IMG/VR virus record: IMGVR_UViG_3300032315_000633
Span: 3,677 to 67,676 of that record
Length of the DNA: 64,000 nucleotides
Origin: a virus
Direction: 5' to 3' (one strand)
In this document: positions 54,469 through 63,909 of the stretch, piece by piece
Layout of the letters: every line of letters starts with the position of its first letter
Numbering within the stretch: the stretch's first letter is position 1
Notes under the pieces: model-generated
What the model saw: only the letters and a program-made list of their open reading frames with translations
What the model was told of the DNA's origin: nothing
The model's database searches: none
Program-made: the position numbers and the translations under genes

Positions 54469-56352
54469 ATGGCCACACGATATGCAGTAGCCACTGGAAA
54501 CTGGTCGAACACCGCCACCTGGGATGGCGGGACACTTCCGACTACCGCCGATGATGTTCACGCCAATAATAGAACAGTCACGATTGACCAGAATGTTACG
54601 GTTTTGAGTCTTAGGACAACTGCTGGAGGCGCAGCTGTTGCGGGAGGTGGATTTTCAATTCCTAATGGTAGTTCTTATAATGTGACCGCAACAAACGGCT
54701 TTATCGCTGGAAGTAATTCTGTATTAACTATTACTGGTACAGGAACTAGAGTAATTACTGGGAATGCAACTGGTAGCGCAACAACTGCAACTGTTAACAC
54801 CATTTATGTTACGCATTCTTCCGGGAATATTCCGAATGTCACTATAAATGGTAATTTACTTGGTGGGGGTCAAAGCAATTCTGTTGCGCTCTATATTTGG
54901 GGGGGTTATGTAACTGTAAACGGAAGCGTAACTGGTGGGGCAGCAAGCACAAATACTCACGGTATTAATATTTTTAATGGTGACAACCAACCAACTCAAC
55001 TAACAGTAAATACTGGTCCAATTACAGGAGGATCTTCAAGTTCTGGTTCTTGCACTGGTATCAATGTTGGGTATTCCCCTACCGGATCTGCCTTAACCAA
55101 TTCTTTTATAAATATTAATTGCAATATTGTAGGTGGAACCGTAGGTAATAATAATCACGCCTATAACTCAAGTTCTACAATTCCGCTAACTGTGGTAGGA
55201 AATATTACAAGTGGCACTACCTCAAGTGGTATTAACTCCACGACAGTAAATGTTGCGGGTTCGTCTGTAAGTATTACGGGTACTTGTACAGCTGGGTTAG
55301 TTACAGCGGTTCAAGTTTCCGCATTTTCGGTAACCATACTTGGAGATATGGTAGGTGGGGCGGGAACAAATACGGGCGGATTACTCTATGGTGGAATTGG
55401 GACATGCACAGTCACTGGAACAATTTATGGAAGCACATCAAACATAAATGGTCGAGGAATCTACGCTGGCTTCAATACTCCAGGACATCTTATAGTTAAC
55501 GGAGATGTCTACGCAAGAAATGGCGTAGGGATTTCAAATACCGGAAATGGTCAAATCACTGTTAATGGTAATATATATGGCGGTACAGCTACAAACGCAA
55601 ATGGGATGAACCCTAGCGCAACCAATCTTATAACTGTCAATGGGAACGTACTTGGCGGAAGTGGGAGTGGTGCATGCGGTATATTTACTTCATCTACTCC
55701 AACTATTATCGTAAACGGAAATGTTACCGGCGGGACAAATATTAATGCTATAGGGGTTAGACAAGCTTCTAGTGGTATTGTAACAATAAATGGCACTGTT
55801 ACCGCAGGAACAGGCTCGAACGCTCAGGGAGCCGCGAATATAGGTACAGGTACAATTACCGCCAAAAGGGCAAAGGGAAATGACTACGGAGCCGGATCTG
55901 TTGGGATACAGCAAGCTTATGCTTTAACTTCAGAGGCTCAAGGCTCTGTGACCTATGTAGAAGAAATAGAAATGGGTTCTCGTGGAGCATTTCCACTTTT
56001 TAACCATGTGTTATTCACCAATGTAAACACAAATTCTGCGTCTTTTTACACCACCGGTTTGGCTTCAGTAAAAACCCTAGTTGATCCAAATGCCACTGGC
56101 TTGATGCCTTCAGCCTCAAATGTTCGACTCGGAACTACCTACGCCTCGGGTAACTTTACAGGCACAATGGCCGTCCCAGCCGCAAGCTCCGTGGCCGCAG
56201 GCGTGGCGGTCGACAACACCGTCGGTACCGCCGTCCTGACCCAGGCCAACGTCTGGAATTACGCCCTTTCCTCGGCTTCCAGCACTCCAGGTTCAGTTGG
56301 CGAGAAACTCAAAAAAACCGCTATACCAGCCGACATTATTGCCCTAGGGTAG
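54469..56352 (+). CDS. beta-helix fibre/spike protein 2
   Basis: Same architecture; last 20 aa identical to the previous gene. Confidence 0.7.
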   Translation: MATRYAVATGNWSNTATWDGGTLPTTADDVHANNRTVTIDQNVTVLSLRTTAGGAAVAGGGFSIPNGSSYNVTATNGFIAGSNSVLTITGTGTRVITGNATGSATTATVNTIYVTHSSGNIPNVTINGNLLGGGQSNSVALYIWGGYVTVNGSVTGGAASTNTHGINIFNGDNQPTQLTVNTGPITGGSSSSGSCTGINVGYSPTGSALTNSFININCNIVGGTVGNNNHAYNSSSTIPLTVVGNITSGTTSSGINSTTVNVAGSSVSITGTCTAGLVTAVQVSAFSVTILGDMVGGAGTNTGGLLYGGIGTCTVTGTIYGSTSNINGRGIYAGFNTPGHLIVNGDVYARNGVGISNTGNGQITVNGNIYGGTATNANGMNPSATNLITVNGNVLGGSGSGACGIFTSSTPTIIVNGNVTGGTNINAIGVRQASSGIVTINGTVTAGTGSNAQGAANIGTGTITAKRAKGNDYGAGSVGIQQAYALTSEAQGSVTYVEEIEMGSRGAFPLFNHVLFTNVNTNSASFYTTGLASVKTLVDPNATGLMPSASNVRLGTTYASGNFTGTMAVPAASSVAAGVAVDNTVGTAVLTQANVWNYALSSASSTPGSVGEKLKKTAIPADIIALG

Positions 56353-56356
56353 TCCG

Positions 56357-57025
56357 ATGCTTTTGGTCTTACCCACCAGCCATCTGGACGCACCAGCCGC
56401 GCAACGCTTGCTGGACTGGATCGAGGAGATCAAGACACCCACGGAGAAACATGAGCTTATCATTGCCGCATCCAAAAGGGTCGACACATCGGCCTTCAAA
56501 AGCCCGTTCACAAAAACAAGTTTCTTTGTCCCCCACGACGAGGATGAACGTGGCTGGCCTCAGAGCCCGAACCACCTTTTTAAAAGACTTTGCCAGCATA
56601 TTACTTGGGACATCAAACGCCCATTCCTCTGGTTTGAGGCAGATTGTGTCCCTATCGTCCCCTCCTGGATCGATCAGATTGAGGCTGAGTACAATTCGTG
56701 TGGTAAGCCCTTTATGGGCGCAAGAGTAGTAGCCGATAATGTTCCACTTCATATGAGTGGAAATGCAGTTTACCCAGCCGATGTTCTCCACCAAGCCCAA
56801 TATGTTTGCAAGTTGGATCGCATCGCTTGGGACGTTGCTTGCGCTGACGATATCGTCAACAACGCACACTGGACTGAACTCATCCAGCATATCTGGAGCC
56901 AAAAGCGTGATTTCGACTTCCCCGACAAAAAAAGCTTAACCGATATCCTCAAGCCTAAAACTGTTTTGTTCCATCAATGTAAAAATAGCTCATTTATTGA
57001 TCGATTGAGGGAACTTAAGGTGTGA
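56357..57025 (+). CDS. glycosyltransferase-like protein
   Basis: GT-A-like LWFEADCVP and HMSGNAVY; cluster context. Confidence 0.5.
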   Translation: MLLVLPTSHLDAPAAQRLLDWIEEIKTPTEKHELIIAASKRVDTSAFKSPFTKTSFFVPHDEDERGWPQSPNHLFKRLCQHITWDIKRPFLWFEADCVPIVPSWIDQIEAEYNSCGKPFMGARVVADNVPLHMSGNAVYPADVLHQAQYVCKLDRIAWDVACADDIVNNAHWTELIQHIWSQKRDFDFPDKKSLTDILKPKTVLFHQCKNSSFIDRLRELKV

Positions 57026-57684
57026 AAGTCTTTTCGTTTTTCTCCCAATCCCACAAACCAATATTCCTAGAGTTTTTCAAGCCTTCTTTTTTCAAAGCAG
57101 ACCCAAAGAATTTATTGTCATTAAATTTTGCCGAGTTGCCTCAAAGGACAGAAGCTGGCGAATATTTTTCTGAAGGGTGGTCTTACGCTATGCTCGATAA
57201 AGTTAGGCTGATCCTAAAAATCATAAGAAGTAATTTTGGTAGTTTTGTGGTTCTTTCTGACGCCGATGTCCAGTTTTTTGAAGGTTTTGCAGAGGACATT
57301 TTGAGCCATAGGCGAGATGGAGTTGATATTTTGTTCCAGGACGATGCCCCAAAACCAGAACATAAAAACCGCATGTGCACAGGATTTGTCTTGGTTAAGT
57401 GCAATTCGACATCGGAAGGCTTTTACGAAAAAATTCTGGATCTTCTACCGAAGTACCAGGATGAACAACTTGCGGCAAACACCATAGCCGATACGATTTC
57501 CTTCGATTTCCTCCCAAACGAAAAGTATTATACAATTTCGTCAGCGACCAACAACCAAATCTGGGAAGGGCAAGAGGATCTTGAAATACCTAAAAGCATA
57601 CTTATGCATCACGCCAATTGGGTTAAAGGTATCGGGAATAAAGTTAAACTTTTAAATTTTGTCAAAAAGAAGATGTTGGCCTAA
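57022..57684 (+). CDS. nucleotide-diphospho-sugar transferase
   Basis: SDADV DxD, FQDD, CTGF, DEQ and HHANW motifs. Confidence 0.8.
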   Translation: MKVFSFFSQSHKPIFLEFFKPSFFKADPKNLLSLNFAELPQRTEAGEYFSEGWSYAMLDKVRLILKIIRSNFGSFVVLSDADVQFFEGFAEDILSHRRDGVDILFQDDAPKPEHKNRMCTGFVLVKCNSTSEGFYEKILDLLPKYQDEQLAANTIADTISFDFLPNEKYYTISSATNNQIWEGQEDLEIPKSILMHHANWVKGIGNKVKLLNFVKKKMLA

Positions 57685-57712
57685 ACAAACCTATCGACTA
57701 CACTCGCAACTT

Positions 57713-58366
57713 GTGAAACTTCTCCCAAATAACCTTGCGGTGATTGAAGGTGACACCCACATATCAAAGTGGGTGGAGGAGTCTGGCAAGCTAGCACACG
57801 ACGAGTATTCGTTGGGGATTATATTACCCAACATTAACGAAGGTGATTTTGTTGTCGACGCCGGTGCTTTTATTGGCGATCACACAATCGCCTATCTCGA
57901 GAAAGTCGGAGTATCTGGAGCCGTATACGCTTTTGAGCCAAACCCGAAAGCTTTTGAATGTCTCGCTCACAATTGCCCAAGAGCCGTAAATATGCCGTAT
58001 GGGTTAAGCGATAAGCGTGGCGAATACTATTACGCTAAATCTGAAAACGCCGGTGCTGGGCATTTTAGCGGGATTGGCACAGAAAAAGTCATAGTTATTG
58101 ACCTTGATTCCCTAGCATTGAAAAAACTTAACTTTTTTAAACTGGATGTCGAAGGTCACGAAATTTCTGCTTTGCGCGGAGCCAGACAAACAATTGAGGC
58201 TTATCGGCCTATGCTTTGGGTTGAGTGCAACAGCAACGCCCTTTACCGCCAGGGTGAAAGCCTAGAAGGCCTTTTGGAGTATATATCTGACGAGTTAAAA
58301 TATGATATGGAGCCACACCCAGAACCAAATCGGTTCCAGTACGATATCTTATGTCGGCCTCGGTAG
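57713..58366 (+). CDS. FkbM-family methyltransferase
   Basis: VDAGAFIG, AFEP, KLDVEGHE...L.GA. Confidence 0.9.
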   Translation: MKLLPNNLAVIEGDTHISKWVEESGKLAHDEYSLGIILPNINEGDFVVDAGAFIGDHTIAYLEKVGVSGAVYAFEPNPKAFECLAHNCPRAVNMPYGLSDKRGEYYYAKSENAGAGHFSGIGTEKVIVIDLDSLALKKLNFFKLDVEGHEISALRGARQTIEAYRPMLWVECNSNALYRQGESLEGLLEYISDELKYDMEPHPEPNRFQYDILCRPR

Positions 58367-59055
58367 ACCTTTTCATTAGAAGCTATCGTGGGGATTTTGA
58401 GTGGCTGGCTCACTGCCTAAAGTCATGCGAACTGTTTGCCCGAGGTTTTAGAGATATCCACATTGTTGTCCCAGAAGGTGATGGACATCTCCTTAAACAC
58501 CTAACCAAGGAAAAGGTGCACGAATGCCCCAAATACCCCGACGATTACCTTGGACAACAGGTCACAAAACTTTTGGCCGACACCTACACAGACTCCGACT
58601 ATGTCTGTCATTTTGATTCCGATACAATTTGGACAAAACCGATCTCCCCAGAGCTCTTAATTACAGAAGGAAGACCCATAGCTTTTTATGAACCATATTC
58701 AAAACTCGAAGGTTGCCATTGGCAACCTATTGTTGCAGAAACACTTGGATGGATTCCCCAGTTTGAGTTTATGCGTAGGCACCCTTTTGTGTACCCTAGG
58801 TGGATATACAACGAGCTTAGAGCCTATCTTGAAGCTAGGCATAGAACGCCTCTAGCCAATTATGTAACCTCCCGTCCGCACAAAAGCTTTTCGGAGTTTA
58901 ATGTTTTGGGTGCTTTTGCCTGGGAAAAGTTTAGGTCTAAGTTTGAGTGGAAAGACCCGCACCAAGAAGAGGTCTATGTTCGGCAATTTTGGTCGTGGGG
59001 AGGAATTCACGAATGCTTACCAGAAATCGAAAAAATATTAAACACACCCACTTGA
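58351..59055 (+). CDS. DUF6492-like glycosyltransferase
   Basis: Y.GQQVTKL.AD...HFDSD...FSEFN. Confidence 0.7.
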   Translation: MSASVDLFIRSYRGDFEWLAHCLKSCELFARGFRDIHIVVPEGDGHLLKHLTKEKVHECPKYPDDYLGQQVTKLLADTYTDSDYVCHFDSDTIWTKPISPELLITEGRPIAFYEPYSKLEGCHWQPIVAETLGWIPQFEFMRRHPFVYPRWIYNELRAYLEARHRTPLANYVTSRPHKSFSEFNVLGAFAWEKFRSKFEWKDPHQEEVYVRQFWSWGGIHECLPEIEKILNTPT

Positions 59056-59078
59056 CAGATTCTATAGGGTGTTATTTT
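59052..59078 (+). promoter_or_regulatory. promoter upstream of the capsid gene
   Basis: TTGACA-N15-TATTTT with TGn extension. Confidence 0.45.
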
Positions 59079-59261
59079 TAGAGTTGCTAGGTTGAATAAG
59101 CACGGGCGTAAGTGCAGGCCGCCGCTGCATAGCTGAAAACAACTGATGCGTCGGGCAACAAAAACTCTCGGGATGCCGCCGGGGAAAACTGATGGGATGC
59201 CAACAACATAGTGTTGCTGGGTTTACATTCCATTAACCCTTAGTGAAAGGTAACTACTACA

Positions 59262-60476
59262 ATGGCTACTACGTATGACGTCGAGCAGCTGTTGATCAAA
59301 GAGAGCGGTCGTATTGGTCCCGACATCTATCGTCGGACTGTCGACACCTCTCCTTGGCTCAAGCTCGTAAAACAAGATGCGTGGCCGGATGAGATGGGTG
59401 ATTCCGTTTCCGTCCTGGTCTACGAACGTTCGCTCCCCTATAAGAGCGACGGAACCCCCAAGGTCTCTTGGGCTAACCTATCCTCGAATCCTGCCTACCC
59501 CACGGGTAGCGTCGGTGGCGGCTCTTGCGCCCCTTCCGCCGAAACGATCGAGTTCGGTCAGACCCTTCGGACCTATAACCTCCAGCAAACCGCGCTCAAT
59601 AGCCCGGACATCTGCTTGAACGATCTGCGCTTCCCGCTGAAACGGAAAGAGCAGCTCGCCAACATCATGGCGATCCTCACCGACGCCACGAGCGAAGTCT
59701 GGAAAGAGCGTTATCGTGATGAGTACGTCCGCCTGTCGGATCACAAGGTCATCGCCCGTCCCAACCTCGAAGAGGTCAGCACGGGTGCGTTCCTTGGCAC
59801 CGGTGCGGCTGGCAACTCCCCCACCAGCAAGCTGACCCAGGGCATCCTGGATCGTATCTACATGAAGTTGATCCGCGACGGCGCAGGCAACAACGTGTAC
59901 GATCGTTCCAACGGGGCTCCGGTGTTCCTTGCGATCATGTCTTCGGAAGCTTCCGACGACTTGATCCGTTCCAATGCGGATATCCGTCAGGACTTCCGCT
60001 GGAGCGATCGGGTTAACGAATTGCTCGCCCCTCTGGGCGTCAATCGGACCTATCGTGGGTTCCACCACCTCGTCGACCCCTATGCCCCTCGCTGGGACAA
60101 GGTTGCTGGCTCCTATGTGCGCCGGTATCCGTTCATCCGCAGTGCGGCTGGCACGCAGGGATACAAATATGACATCAACCCCGCCTACGAAACGGCTGAG
60201 TTCGAGGACACGATCATCTTCCATCAGGATGTGTTCACCTCCTTGATCCCGAAGCCGATCAGTGGCACGGGTGCGATGAACTTTGACCCTCACAGTTTCC
60301 GTGGGGACTTCACTTGGCGCAATATTCCGGATCGTGATAACAATCCGGACGGTGCCATTGGGTTCTTCCGCGCTAACTTTGGCAGCGGTTCCAAGCCGGT
60401 GTTCCCGCAGTACGGATATGTGATCCGTCACTCGCGTTGCAACAACGACTTGAACCTTGTCGGTTGCTACTCGTAA
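59262..60476 (+). CDS. major capsid protein
   Basis: 404 aa with strongly biased codons, AAAGG RBS and a downstream hairpin; the only plausible MCP in the head module. Confidence 0.75.
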   Translation: MATTYDVEQLLIKESGRIGPDIYRRTVDTSPWLKLVKQDAWPDEMGDSVSVLVYERSLPYKSDGTPKVSWANLSSNPAYPTGSVGGGSCAPSAETIEFGQTLRTYNLQQTALNSPDICLNDLRFPLKRKEQLANIMAILTDATSEVWKERYRDEYVRLSDHKVIARPNLEEVSTGAFLGTGAAGNSPTSKLTQGILDRIYMKLIRDGAGNNVYDRSNGAPVFLAIMSSEASDDLIRSNADIRQDFRWSDRVNELLAPLGVNRTYRGFHHLVDPYAPRWDKVAGSYVRRYPFIRSAAGTQGYKYDINPAYETAEFEDTIIFHQDVFTSLIPKPISGTGAMNFDPHSFRGDFTWRNIPDRDNNPDGAIGFFRANFGSGSKPVFPQYGYVIRHSRCNNDLNLVGCYS

Positions 60477-60491
60477 TTGATTGAGTAAGTC

Positions 60492-60526
60492 GTGCCTCCC
60501 AGGGGTTCTATCCCCCTGGGAGGTGC
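60492..60526 (+). terminator. strong hairpin after the MCP gene (terminator or mRNA stabiliser)
   Basis: CCTCCCAGGGG-TTCTATC-CCCCTGGGAGG; weak U-tract. Confidence 0.6.
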
Positions 60527-60539
60527 TTCCATTCAAACA

Positions 60540-60887
60540 ATGAACACACCAGAAGCTGTATTAATTGCGATGCGGGAACCTCCCGCAGTGGCAAAGACGG
60601 ACAAAGTCGCCCAGATTGAGCCGGAGACTGCTCCGACCCAAGACGGCGAAGTTGTGTTTCCGATCCCCGCAGGCTTTGTTCCTCCCGCCGATGTCCAACC
60701 CAACGAACCCTTCGAGGCCGTTGCGAAATTCCGCTACGCCAAGGGTAAGATGGTGCTGGAGTCAATCGAAGGGACGGAAGTCCGAGCCAAGGTATCCCCC
60801 AAGACAGAAGAGATGGAGGAGGAAGAAGACGAAGAGACATCCTTTGTTGAAGCTGTCGAAGAGGGGGCTGATGAGGGGATGGCTTGA
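60540..60887 (+). CDS. acidic hypothetical protein
   Basis: E/D-rich C-terminus; follows the MCP gene. Confidence 0.55.
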   Translation: MNTPEAVLIAMREPPAVAKTDKVAQIEPETAPTQDGEVVFPIPAGFVPPADVQPNEPFEAVAKFRYAKGKMVLESIEGTEVRAKVSPKTEEMEEEEDEETSFVEAVEEGADEGMA

Positions 60888-61167
60888 TCTGACCGCAGCA
60901 ATCGTCGAACAGGCGGTTGCCGATCTAGATCTAGCCATCTCTCCTTGTCGGGCCAAACGCAAGCCCGATTGGGCTTTTACTCCCGAGCATTTTCGGGAGT
61001 TTTTCGATACAGCCGAAGACCTGTTTAGGGTCTGTGGTTTCCGTTTGAATCCAGAAGCCGTGCGCGATAGACTTAATCGTAAGCTTAAACAACTGGACGA
61101 ATTGTATGCCAAGGAAGGAAGTATCAGAGATAGTGGCAAGGCTAGCGGGTCTGGACGCAAAGCTTGA
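60871..61167 (+). CDS. conserved hypothetical phage protein
   Basis: L.AAIVEQAVAD...F..C...NPEAVR pattern. Confidence 0.55.
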   Translation: MRGWLDLTAAIVEQAVADLDLAISPCRAKRKPDWAFTPEHFREFFDTAEDLFRVCGFRLNPEAVRDRLNRKLKQLDELYAKEGSIRDSGKASGSGRKA

Positions 61168-61336
61168 TGCTTTGACGGATCTGCTGAAACGCCACGACGG
61201 ACATCTTGTCGGTCACGACGAGAGGCTTCGTCATCTCGAAAAACAAATGAATGTTGCCTTCGGCTGGGCCGGGGCAGTAGGCTTTGTTGTCTCTGTGGCT
61301 TGGAGTTGGATTTGGGGTAAACTTCACGGGAATTAG
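61106..61336 (+). CDS. holin-like / XhlA-like membrane protein
   Basis: Coiled coil RLRHLE followed by a C-terminal TM segment. Confidence 0.55.
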   Translation: MPRKEVSEIVARLAGLDAKLDALTDLLKRHDGHLVGHDERLRHLEKQMNVAFGWAGAVGFVVSVAWSWIWGKLHGN

Positions 61337-61370
61337 CTTGTCTTTTCGAAAATCCGTGAAATCATCTGGC

Positions 61371-61757
61371 ATGGGCATTTTACTATTGCCGCTATGCCTT
61401 TTTCTAGTTTCCTGTTCCACAACCTCTTACAAGGGGTCTCCCGACTTTTCTGTTGCTGAGACAAGGCTCGACCTAGCCAAACAATCCGCAAGCCCAGAGG
61501 TTCGCAAGCACATTGAAGAAGCCCAGAAACAACTTAAGTCTGCAAAAGACCTATGTCTCACTAATTCTCAACAGCTGGAAGAAGCAGTTCGTGAACGCAA
61601 CGAAGCCCTCGCCAAGGCCGAGTACTGGAAAGAAAAGCAACGCAAAGCCTTGAAGGAACTTTGGTTTTGGCGTGGTGCTTTGATTGTGGCGGTGCTTTTT
61701 GCCGCCCGTGGTCCGATTCTTTGGCTGGTGCGTAAGTTTGTGGGGATCCCCTGGTGA
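61371..61757 (+). CDS. lipoprotein with C-terminal TM segment, unimolecular-spanin-like
   Basis: Lipobox LVSC; coiled coil; hydrophobic C-terminus; lies in the lysis cassette. Confidence 0.6.
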   Translation: MGILLLPLCLFLVSCSTTSYKGSPDFSVAETRLDLAKQSASPEVRKHIEEAQKQLKSAKDLCLTNSQQLEEAVRERNEALAKAEYWKEKQRKALKELWFWRGALIVAVLFAARGPILWLVRKFVGIPW

Positions 61758-62095
61758 TCCGCTGGCTTAGATCCAACTTGCAGGGTCTTGCGGCTCTGCT
61801 TGTCGCTATCATCATTTTCTTTCTTCTCGGCCCAATCTTGCAGGGTTTCGACACCACGGCTGGTACGGTTGACCTAGGGAGCCTCCATGTTCTTGCATTT
61901 GGGGCTGTTCGGTTTCTTTTCTGCACATTCCTAGCTTGGAGCGTGCTCCAGTTGGATTGGAAGATTCTTGATCGGTATGTTGACAAGGGCGTTCTCAAGG
62001 ATGACTGGAAGGAAGCTTGCGCTGGAACAAGGCTGAAGATCTTTGTTTTGGTTTTTGGGATCCTCTTGATCTCCGCAATCCTTTCATGCAAATAG
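61754..62095 (+). CDS. holin (3 TM)
   Basis: Three hydrophobic segments; directly upstream of the endolysin. Confidence 0.6.
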   Translation: MIRWLRSNLQGLAALLVAIIIFFLLGPILQGFDTTAGTVDLGSLHVLAFGAVRFLFCTFLAWSVLQLDWKILDRYVDKGVLKDDWKEACAGTRLKIFVLVFGILLISAILSCK

Positions 62096-62616
62096 TTTAT
62101 GTTGCGCTTTTTCTTGCGTTTCTTTCCGACTGTCTGGCTGGCCCAGGAGTTGAAAAGGAGAGGCTTCTCATCGTCGAACAGGCCCGTAAATCTATCGGGA
62201 TTCGAGAGGCAAGTGGACGCAACGACGGGCCCGTGGTGGACGAGATCCTCGCATCCGTAAACCTTGCTGGAACGAAAGCCCCCTGGTGTGCAGCCTTCAT
62301 TGTCTGGGTCGGTGACAAAGCCTTCGGATCGACCATCTTTAACCCTTACCCGAGATCTGGCTGGTCTCCAGTTTTCCTGGCAAAGCCGACTTGGGATCGC
62401 CAGCGGAGAGGCACACCTCTCAAACCAGCCGATGTTTTTGGGATTTGGTTTAACTCTATGGGTCGTGTTGCTCATGTCGGTTTGGTTGAGAAAAACGAGG
62501 GTGACTGGCTTGTGACCATCGAGGGGAACACCAATGGTGGCGGGAGCCGTGACGGAGATGGCGTTTACCGCCGTCGCCGATTGGCTGTCAATGTTCTCGG
62601 GAAGGACTGGCTGTGA
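62086..62616 (+). CDS. CHAP-domain endolysin with a signal-peptide-like N-terminus
   Basis: PWCAAF...HVGLV...TIEGNT...DGVY. Confidence 0.85.
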   Translation: MQIVYVALFLAFLSDCLAGPGVEKERLLIVEQARKSIGIREASGRNDGPVVDEILASVNLAGTKAPWCAAFIVWVGDKAFGSTIFNPYPRSGWSPVFLAKPTWDRQRRGTPLKPADVFGIWFNSMGRVAHVGLVEKNEGDWLVTIEGNTNGGGSRDGDGVYRRRRLAVNVLGKDWL

Positions 62617-63017
62617 GCCAGCACATCGGAGCAGTTGGTGTCGCCAAGGTTACTTCCATTCTTTTGGAGAATGGGTTTTTGGTTAGCCACCCAATTTACG
62701 ACAACGGCTACGATCTGATCACGGATCATCGTGGGATCTTGAAGCGTGTACAGGTCAAGACAACCAATGGGATTGAGGGGCCACGCAGAACAAAGCTTAA
62801 ATTCTTCGCTCTTCGTGGTACTGGTTTTAACCAGAATAGCCCGAAGAAGCCATACGGAAAAGGCGTTGTCGATGCCTTTGTTTTCTACCACACAAAGCTA
62901 AACGCCGTTTTTGTTGTCCCCGCAGAAAAGCTACCCCGCACTATGTCGGTCTATTTCGCCCCCAACTGCGAGTGGCGGGACAACTGGGATGTCTTGCGTA
63001 CCCAGAAAAAAGGATAA
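62613..63017 (+). CDS. PD-(D/E)xK endonuclease (homing-endonuclease-like)
   Basis: P......YDLI.D....KRVQVKT...Y...VDAF. Confidence 0.7.
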   Translation: MSQHIGAVGVAKVTSILLENGFLVSHPIYDNGYDLITDHRGILKRVQVKTTNGIEGPRRTKLKFFALRGTGFNQNSPKKPYGKGVVDAFVFYHTKLNAVFVVPAEKLPRTMSVYFAPNCEWRDNWDVLRTQKKG

Positions 63018-63026
63018 ACTTAAGCC

Positions 63027-63909
63027 GTGATCAGCGACGCAACATTACTCGTGGACGGCCAAGTTGACTGGTCTGGTGGTATGGACTCCAACTTAAGCCC
63101 ACAGCTTATCGCACCCAATAGCGTTGCCAGAGCCGTCAACGTGACTTTTAGGGGTGGCAAGCCCACCAACCGCCCAGGCTTCTCACAGCTTGCCCTATCT
63201 GACGGTGTTGGCTCTGGTTTGGATCTCTTTTCCAGTGGGTATTACCAAGGTGGTTTTTTCTACTCCGAAACCCGTGGGAACAAGGATTCATCGCTTATCT
63301 GCGTGGTCGACGGCTATGTCGTTAAGATCAACCTTTCCACCTATGTCGTGGATCGTCTTTACCCCAGAACTGCGGCTGGTGCCGATGACACCGCTCATCG
63401 CTTAGATGCAGTTTCTCGTTGCTACTTCGCAAGAGCCGAGCGTTATCTTGTCATCCAAGACGGGGTAAACACGCCACTGATTTGGGACGGAGACTATCTC
63501 TACCAATCTGGTGTTGGCCCTACGCTTTCCACGGGAGCCGTCTCGCAGATCCACAATGTCGGGCCTGGAACGATTATGGCCTACGGCCAAGGTCGCTTGT
63601 TTGTAACCAACGCCTCCCGCACCAAGATTTTTGCTGGAGACCTTGTTTACGGCGGAAGCACAACTCAAATCGAGATTACCAGTGGTGTGGCTTCCGGAGG
63701 AAAATATCGCTTAACGACCACATCAAATCACGGATTTGCCGCCGGCGATGTTATTTCAATTTCTGGCCATAGTAGCGAACATTTTATTAACGGTACTTGG
63801 GAAATTTCAGCGATCCCAGCTTCCACCACTTTTGATATTGATTATTCAGATACAAGTGCAACCGGAACTGGCGGGTATGTTTCCAAGGCCAATGCGGGTC
63901 AAGAGTCAG
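63027..63909 (+). CDS. tail stabilisation / nozzle protein, 5' part (missing from the ORF track because it has no stop)
   Basis: GTG start; W.GGMDS..SP.LI..N..A.AVN.TFRGG..T.RPGF, followed by beta-propeller-like sequence. Confidence 0.7.

Noticed and set aside
53134-56352. Diversity-generating retroelement or invertible fibre switch
   Set aside because: There is no reverse transcriptase or invertase, and the shared ends differ at synonymous sites rather than only at adenines
62613-63017. Group I intron around the PD-(D/E)xK endonuclease
   Set aside because: The flanking genes are intact and abut it directly, leaving no room for an intron core
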